Source: Octopus vulgaris
Taxonomy: Eukaryota
Assembly: GCA_951406725.2 (NCBI GenBank)
Contig: OX597819.1
Span: 113,088,001 to 113,152,000, forward strand
DNA length: 64,000 nucleotides
Direction: 5' to 3'
Both the position numbers and the translations under genes were made by a program. The notes below the pieces were generated by a model. That model ran no database searches, was not told the DNA's origin, and saw only the letters and a program-made list of their open reading frames with translations. Of this stretch, positions 54,767-64,000 are shown piece after piece. Position 1 is the stretch's first letter. Every line of letters starts with the position of its first letter.

Positions 54767-55927
54767 ATAGTTTCAAATTTTTCCACAAGGCCAACGATTT
54801 CGGAAATTGGGGTACGTCGAATACCTCGACCCCAGTGCTCAACTGATAGTTATTTTATCGACCCCTGAGTGTATGAAAGGCAAAGACGACCTCGATACAA
54901 TTTGAACTCAGAGCGCAAAGACGGGCGAAATGCTGCAAAACAATATTACCCTGCATGATAACGATTCTCACAGCTCGCTGCTTTAAACTTTCCCAAGAAT
55001 AATGAGCAGAGAAGATGGATATGAGTGGCTAGGGTGCATTAAATGTTCTGCTAAATGGGCAACGACTGTATTTCAATAACTTGGACAATAGGTTCAATCC
55101 CAGCTATATGTACTGTTTTCTGATATAAAAATAAAGATGTACTTGAAGAGTATTAAGCTTTCTTAAAGCTTTACCAACGTAGTCATATGGATTTCGGTTC
55201 GGAATGAAACTACGCAGGATCAGATATATTCAGAAGCAAAAAACGGCAATTACAAGAGGTCCCTCCCCAGAGACATGCTACGACCCTCTTAATAAATTCT
55301 CTGTTAAAGCTCTGTCGTTAGCTATAATTAAAGCATTTAATATTAAAGCTAACAGAAACGTTATCCTTTACGTTCTGAGTTCAATTTCCGCCGAGGTCGA
55401 CTTTGCCTTTCATCTTTTCGGGATCGATGAATTAATTATTAACAGTTGCGTACTGGGGTCAATCTAATCGATTGCCCCCCCCTCCCCCAAAATTTCGGGC
55501 CTTGTACTTTGAGTAGAAAGAATATTAAAGTATAGTCTTTAGTATTCATTTATTTATATTTATATTTACGTTTATGTACAACTGGTCTGTTTGTACAATT
55601 AACTGTATGTATAATTCATTAGTTCCAGTTACCTGCCATGAACGGACCTCCTTGTATAAATTTCTATGATTTACAGTGTATTTGCATTTTTGTGCATGAA
55701 ATGGTGGGGAGACACCAAACCAGAAGTACCTCGAACTTCCAAGTTCAAAATCTGACAGTACTCACAATAAAGGCGTTTCTCTATAAATGTCTGAGTTCTC
55801 TTTTTCGTTAAAGGTATACGAACTTAGTACATACACATAAACTTTATAGTTATGCGTGTGTATGCAGATGCAAATATGATAAATATAATATATAGATATG
55901 ATATATAAATATATATAAAATATGTTA

Positions 55928-56378
<451 letters not shown>

Positions 56379-56782
56379 AAAAAAAAAACAAGAAAACAAC
56401 ATTAGTAATAAATAAATCGACAATTTGAAAGAGGTTTCTACTCTGAGGAACTGGAAAAGTTGATGAGAAGAGAGGGTGGTGGGCACATAAACGGCTCTGT
56501 AATTGGCTTAAACTAATAACAGGCCTAGACTATCTGTAAATATGTAGGCCCCAATTCAAACGACCAGCTCAACCATTGTGAATACAACAACAATTCGCAC
56601 CACAACAACCACCACCAACCCAACCGTCATCAACACAGTTAATAACACGCATCACTGTCTCAAATTCTTTTAAAAACAAATCTAAATTTTGTGAAAATAA
56701 AATTTCGGAAAACAGCAGAGAAATTTGAAGTTCAAAATAAACATACGACACTGACAAAACACGCACCTTACATACATGTATA

Positions 56783-56824
<42 letters not shown>

Positions 56825-58020
56825 TATATATATATATATATTAGAAGCAAAATAGCAGACAAGAGAGAGAAATGGAGGAGCGTTCCTTGCAATTCTATAT
56901 CTGTATATAGAGACAAATCATGCACAGAAGCGTCATCAGCAGCAGCAACAGTAGCAGTAGTAGTAGCAGCAGCAGCAGCAGTAGCAGCAGCAGCGTGATT
57001 GCAGTGGAAAAGGTCAAAGATTTGTAACTGTTTGTCAAACATACTTCGAAATATCAGCTGTTATTTTTAAAGCAAGACACACAAGCCTACATATATAAAC
57101 AAATACAACAATTTGCCCCTTCACAAACACATATATTCACACACACACGCACACACACACACACACAGAGGAACGCTCAAAGGCACGCATACGCGTGCAC
57201 ACACATACATATATACAAATATACACACAAGCACATACACAAAGATACACCAAGAAACTTGTGACGACTGGCAGAATGTGGAGTGGCTTCTAATGACCTC
57301 TTTGTATGCATCTTGTGATGAATACAATGTCTTTTTTTGTGAGTCGATTGGGCGCTGTTTTATCTGCGGAACGAACGACCAATAATTCGCATCCTGTCGG
57401 CGAAAAATTGTAGCTGCTGCACGGTCGGTTCCAGTTGATGGCAACTTGATAGTCATTGATTTAAACTGGTGATGATTTGGTTCAGTCTTCGACTGATTGT
57501 TACACGTATGAAGAGGCATATACACACACCACAGATACACAGATACCCGCGCACATAGGCTCATAGACACACACATACACACACGCACACACGCACATTC
57601 ACACACATACAAACATATATATGTTCCGAATTTGTGTGAATGTGTATAGAATTATATATCTGAATAAAATTGAAACATGGTATGGTTTTCACGTTTTTAT
57701 TATGGTATTTTTAACATTAAAAAAGATTTTGTAATGTTCATAAAGTGAAGTTAGCGCTTTCATACGTTCGTAGTAATCATCAGATTCTTGACAACTGTAC
57801 TACCTCTTAGAATGCTCCAACAAGCTGAATTTTTGGAATATGATTTTGACCAATCAGCATGCAGCTTAAACTTCACGGTTTGCCGATATTCTGTAATTTG
57901 TTTATATTCATATCCTTAAATCCTTAAAAATGTTTTAGCCCGAAGGCCGCGGCCATGCTGGGGCACCAATCCACATTATTAAGGAGATTGAATACAACAG
58001 TTGGACTCCTATGTCTTAAA

Positions 58021-58054
<34 letters not shown>

Positions 58055-58113
58055 GTATGCATGTATGTATGTATTTATGTATGTGTGTATGTATGTATGT
58101 ATGTATGTATATG

Positions 58114-58528
58114 TATGTATATAAATTAGAGAAGAACCACCATATAGCAATTCAACAATGATATAATTAAATCATACCATATAGAAAAGATTAAAGAAAT
58201 GATAAAACATTTACCTAGAACTGAATAAAGTACGAAATAATAAATAAATAATATATAATTATTATTATTATATACTAATATAATTATACTAATAGTATAA
58301 TTATAACTATAATTATATATATATACTATATATACTATTATATAGTATAATTATATACTATATAATAGTATATAAGTACTAATTATATACTATTTATTTA
58401 TTATTTCGTACTTTATTTAGTTCTAGGTAAATGTTTTATCGCATCTTTAATTTTTTTTTATATGGTATGATTTAATTATATCATTGTTGAATTGCTACAT
58501 GGTGGTTCTTCACTAATTTATATACATA
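58114..58528. repeat. AT-rich foldback with about 135-bp arms
   Basis: 58114-58250 is inverted to about 58391-58528. Confidence 0.85.
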
Positions 58529-58601
58529 TATTATATATTGTGAAATTTGATTTAGTATAACTAAATTGAATTTTTCCCTGTAAGTTTGGAATCATATTCC
58601 C

Positions 58602-58664
<63 letters not shown>

Positions 58665-58983
58665 GGTGAATTTTATAAGTGGAAATTGTGCAAAAACCCG
58701 TCCTACATGTATGGGTGTGTGTGATGGTTGTGTGAGTATATGGGTCTTGAGGAACCCTTAAAACTCACGTTTCATATATAGAACAACACTAATATTAATT
58801 TATTATACATTTATTTGTATATATATATATATATATACAATAGCTAATGTATATTTTTTTTATTTCATGTAGTAAAACAATGGAAAACTACAATTGAAGC
58901 AGAGCCTGCAATGCAGCATTATTACAAAATAAATGCATTAATTTGATAAATAATGACCACACCTTTATATATACATATATGTA

Positions 58984-59038
<55 letters not shown>

Positions 59039-59788
59039 TTATGGAAATTGAGGAAATGAAGGAGATTCTTGGAATGTACATCTCAGTGTTGGCGGTAGGG
59101 GGTGTTGCTTTTAAGTGGAATGTCGTTAAGGAAGTTGTTCGGTCTAGTGCATACATTCTTTCTATCTGTGCTTTCATCTAGTTAAGCACTTCCAGTTTTA
59201 TCAGTTAACACTCGCACAACGACAGACGCATGTCATACATCCATTCATACATACATACATATACAAAAAAAATACATGCATGCATATATACATACATACA
59301 TACAAAACATACATACTTGTATACGTACATATATACGAACGTACCTACAAGTAGACATACATTCACCCACATACGCCCCTACATATGGAGAGAGACAGAT
59401 AAGCAAATGGTTACCCCACACACACACATATACATACATACGTACATACATACATACATACATACACACTCACAAATGGTTAACGAGTGGAGGGTGGGGA
59501 GATTTTGTAAGAGAGTATTCCGCATACAGCTGCAGGCATAGCTGAGAGAATAAGAAGTTTGGTCACAAACAGGTCTTTTGGAATTCAATCCTACAGCACA
59601 TAACCTTAAGCAACTGTTTTCTATTATTGATTTGGGTTGTGCGGTGCCTTGTCGGTGAATTTTATAAGTGGAAATTGTGCAAAAACCAGTCCTACATGTA
59701 TGGGTGCGAGTGATTGTTGTGTGAGTATATGGGTCTTGAGGAACCCTTAAAACTCACGTTTCATATATAGGACAACACTAATATTAAT
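58665..59788 (+). repeat. 135-bp dispersed direct duplication
   Basis: 58665-58799 versus 59654-59788, about 5 substitutions. Confidence 0.92.
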
Positions 59789-60199
59789 AAATCCAAAAAT
59801 AAGAAATATTATTATACTATGTAATCTTGCGTATAGTTTAAATTTTCGTTCCAGTGTTGCCAGGATTTTCCCTATCCACGTTGATAAAGATTTCCTTCTA
59901 GATCATCAATATCATTAGCCCTATAATAAAGCTAGTGTTAAATGTTGCAGTAAAAACTTCACTGCTTCTAGCGCGAATATTAAAACCTCTTCTATATGCG
60001 ATTGTAACAAACCTAATGTCCGTCTCCCTCCTACCAGCGGCGTCTTTATAAGCCATTAGTATATCATCGATAAGAGTAAATCAGACGTCCATATAAGTCT
60101 TTCTGAAAATCTCTTTAATAAACATTTAGATACCCAGAAAGCCACTTTACCACTTGATACTCCAAACATAACTGAAAATGAAACGATGGCAATATAAAC

Positions 60200-60248
<49 letters not shown>

Positions 60249-60357
60249 TGTATGTATAATAATTAGGCTTCAGCAAAGATTTGCTTTACCACATACCGAA
60301 GTTTAGAAATAGCAGCCTTGATTACTTCTTAATTAATTAATTTTACCCTTTGTTATT

Positions 60358-60417
<60 letters not shown>

Positions 60418-60419
<2 letters not shown>

Positions 60420-60792
60420 TCTTTACTCTTTTACTCTTTTATTTGTTTCAGTCATTTGACTGCGGCCATGCTGGAGCACCGCCTTTAGTCGAGCAAATCG
60501 ACCCCAGGACTTATTCTTTGTAAGCCTAGTACTTATTCTATCGGTCTCTTTTGCCGAACCGCTATGTTACACGCCAGCATCGGTTGTCAAGCGATGTTGG
60601 GGGGGATAAACACAGACACACACATACATATATACGACGGGCTTCTTTCAGTTTCCGTCTATCAAATCCATTCACAAGGCTTTGGTCGACCCGAGGCTAT
60701 AGTACAAGACACTTCCCCAGAGTGCCACGCAGTGAGACTGAACCCGGAACTATGTGGTTCGTAAGCAAGCTACTTACCGCGCAGTCACTCCT
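60418..60792 (-). mobile_element. SINE family A
   Basis: Near full length with a minimal microsatellite. Confidence 0.92.
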
Positions 60793-61112
60793 ATATATAT
60801 ATAACTTTTGTAGGGGCAATGACAACGTTTTCAACACATCCCTGAAACTTTTTCTCCAGAACTAACGGGCGTAGAACCTTCTTGGACTGATTTGAAAAGT
60901 CGTTTTTCTTTTACTGGATTTATCCGATTTGATTGATGTACAATTATTATTGTTGTTGCTGCTGCTGCTGTTGTGATAGTTTTGATATAAAGATTGAAAT
61001 AATCGGCCTTGTTTGTAAATCAATTTGGGCCTGGGTTTGCACCCACGAAGCAAGTTTCGTCTCCGCACTTATGAAACCATGCGAATTCTTATCGATATTT
61101 CCATCGCTATAT

Positions 61113-61510
61113 TTTCTTTTCTACTCCAAGCACAAGGCCCAAAATTTTGGGAGAGAGTGCCAGTCGATTAGATCGACCCCAGCACGCAACTGGTATTTAA
61201 TTTATTCACCCCGAAAGGACGAAAGACAGTCGACGTCGGCGGAATTTGAACTCAGAACGTAGTGGCAGACGAAATACCTATTTCTTTATTACCCACTAGG
61301 GGCTAAACACAGAGGGGACAAACAAGGACAGACATAAGGATTAAGTCGATTACATCGACCCCAGTGCGTAACTGGTACTTAATTTATCGACCCCGAAAGG
61401 ATGAAAGACAAAGTCGACCTCGGCGGAATTTGAACTCACAACGTAACGCAGACGAAATACCGCTAAGCCTTTCTCCCAGCGTGCTAACGTTTCTGCCAGC
61501 TCGCCGCCTT
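61113..61510 (-). mobile_element. Dimeric SINE B (B1 plus headless B2) with TSD
   Basis: TSD CCATCGCTATAT at 61101-61112 and 61512-61523 flanks both monomers. Confidence 0.9.
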
Positions 61511-62249
61511 CCCATCGCTATATATTAAGGAATAAATTCATTGTTGCCACTGCTATTTGGTCTTCAGTCTGATCTGAAAGTTTTTCGGCCATCATCACCC
61601 CGTCTTGCTTTTCAAGAATATTTTATCGTGGACAATATTATTCAATGTGTCCTTCCTTTTTTTCTTCATAAGATGGATGATTTGAGGGAAGGATTTGGAT
61701 GCTATTTCTAACAGATCGAAAGACCATATTATATAGTCTTATTCGTTAGCTTTACATGAAGGCAGCAGAGAGAAGGTCTCGATTTTACGTAAAACTTGGT
61801 TCTCAGATTACTACGTATATATGTTTACACACCTACACATCACAACGTCACCACATAACGGATGAAGTATGTAAGCGACATCAATTACCTATGTCTTAGT
61901 AAGCAACGAAGAAGAGACTAACTAACAAACTACTTTGACTAAGTTGATGGTTTTAACCCCTCCACCTATTTCAACCCATACAAGTCATTAAAATACCCTC
62001 ATACCACACACACTTAAACCGCTGACACCTGCAGCACACAAAAAACTTACTTGTTCTAAGGAGAAAGAATTGTTACTACCTCGTCCACTTCACCACTTTC
62101 CACCACCATCAACACTTATCACGACTACTACTGCTATTACTATTACTATTCCTCACATTGTTGTTTGTTGTTCGTTATTTCACTCGAATCTTGTTTTGAA
62201 GACATTTCTTTGTCTAAAGTGAGATAATTAAGAATTTCTGTTGTTGTTG

Positions 62250-62287
<38 letters not shown>

Positions 62288-62340
62288 ATTGTTGTTGTTG
62301 TTGTTGCTGCTGCTGCTGTTGTTGCTGCTGCTGCTGCTGC

Positions 62341-62371
<31 letters not shown>

Positions 62372-62551
62372 GGTGGTGGTGATGGTGGTGTTAATGATGC
62401 GGTTGTTTTATCCATAGGTCAGGCCTAATTGAGCAGATAGAATTTTGTGGCTTTCGTCACTGTTCACAATTATCTTTAAAAAGAAATTTTAATGTATATA
62501 GATGTAATTTTTGACGGTGAATCCGACTTTCTTCAGTTCTATATTTAAGAT

Positions 62552-62873
62552 ATGAGGAATTATGTACATTATTTACATTATTTACATTCGACGGATATTT
62601 GTCCTCCTCTTGTTTGTTGTTAACACAACGCTTCGGTTGATATACCCTCCAGCCTTCTTCAGGTGTCTTGGGGAAATTTCCGAACCTAGGTTCTCATTCC
62701 TAAGGAATTTTTAGGATAATAATAACATCGAAAAATACCATAGGAATGATAACCCAGGTTCGAAATTTCCCCCAAGACACCTAATGAACACAGCCAAAAC
62801 GTTGTGTTAACAACAAACAGAATGAGAACAAATATCCGTCAAATGTAAATAATGTATATAATGTAAATAATGT
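62552..62873. mobile_element. Foldback element with hammerhead motif (same family as 48475)
   Basis: About 150-bp inverted arms; minus-strand motif at 62622-62667 has intact CTGAAGA and a GAAG variant. Confidence 0.75.
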
Positions 62874-63485
62874 CTGAATTTATGCAAAAATGTTAAAGGT
62901 ATTAAAAATGTTGATACTTTTCAGAATTTTCAGCCAATCAGAAAACTGCACGTTCGCTGCCTCTTCTATCATCGGTGGTGGGGAGGGCATCTTATATTCC
63001 ATCACTATACATAAAATCCCCTCGCTAAGCAAGTGTTTCGAAACTTGCTTTTATCTGTACATATATATTCCCCTCCCATTACCGAAAGCTGAACAGTTAT
63101 CTCCCTTACCCACAACAATAACAATAATAACGATAACCAATTGCCTCCCCTTATTTTGCTACTTGTGAAGTCATTCACTCGTAAATATCATCACACACAG
63201 CATGGACAAAATTTCTTCTTAAGAAAAAATACATATTCAAATAAGTAAAATAAAATATCATGAACAGCGATAGCGAAACCGGTCGATATATTAAAAATTA
63301 TATAAAAACTATGTAAGTGTGCGTATTTTCCTTTTTTAATTTCTTACATATATATATATATATGAGAGAGGTTTTGGTATCCAGAGGACAGAAAAGGTAG
63401 GTAAGGCTATGTAAGTGCTGCTGTTAGACTCCCGGTTTGATTATAATAAGAGTGAGGAGTCTAACGCGAGTCGCGTGTGAGCATG

Positions 63486-63872
63486 TATATGATGAATAAA
63501 ATGAGACAACAAAGCCAAGGCAGTGTGAAAATTCTAGGACGTTTATAAAGAGAAATGTAATCTTACAGCTGTTTCGGGGATATAAAAGTTAACTCATCAT
63601 CAGAAATTACATGAGGGAGTTAAATAGAAGGAAATAGCAGAGCTCAATATAAGAAGTTATTTTGGAAAGGGAGGGATATAGGAAGTATAAAGGAAAATAT
63701 GAGGATAAAAATAAATATATATTTTCTACTATTTCTTTCTGTTTAACTCTCTCATATCGTCTCTGATTATGGGATATCCTTTATATCCCTGCAAGACTAC
63801 CTCTCTCTTTATAAATGTCCTAGAAGTTTCAAACTGACTTGGCTTTCTCGTTTTATTTTATTCAATATATAT
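63486..63872. mobile_element. Foldback element with type I hammerhead motif
   Basis: Minus 63557-63610 reads GTAATTT-CTGATGA-stem II-GAAA-CAGCTG-TA-AGATTAC; decayed inverted arm at 63728-63872. Confidence 0.7.
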
Positions 63873-64000
63873 ATTCCATCTTTCCTGAGCGCCTATTAAT
63901 AATAATACTGTAATTGTTCCACGTGTTGTTGTTTTTTCTGTTTTCCCGTTTGGATTAAAATTATATATATATATATATATGTATTAAGGAATATAATTCC

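Overview
This is repeat-saturated, AT-rich eukaryotic DNA; the SINE families and microsatellite load look like an octopus (cephalopod) genome, which is an inference from recognition and not a search result. No host gene can be supported, and almost all ORFs in the track are microsatellite translations. Protein-coding remnants are all transposon-derived: two near-complete inverted DD34D mariner copies with complementary lesions, a Tc1/Tc3-like relic split by a SINE, a second mariner relic, three R4/Dong-like RLE LINE 3' fragments and RTE fragments. Non-coding elements include four tRNA-derived SINE groups (here called A-D), hAT, Tc2, piggyBac and Helitron MITEs, and a 17-bp minisatellite. The most interesting signals are: (1) short Penelope-type tails and foldback palindromes carrying hammerhead-ribozyme motifs, including two head-to-head hammerheads at 49.1 kb; (2) a GGATC-terminated foldback DNA-transposon family with 8-bp TSDs, carrying telomeric TTAGGG repeats or a 1.4-kb internal cargo; (3) a hAT MITE containing an inverted copy of neighbouring DNA; and (4) combinatorial head/tail swapping and a TSD-bounded dimer among the SINEs.
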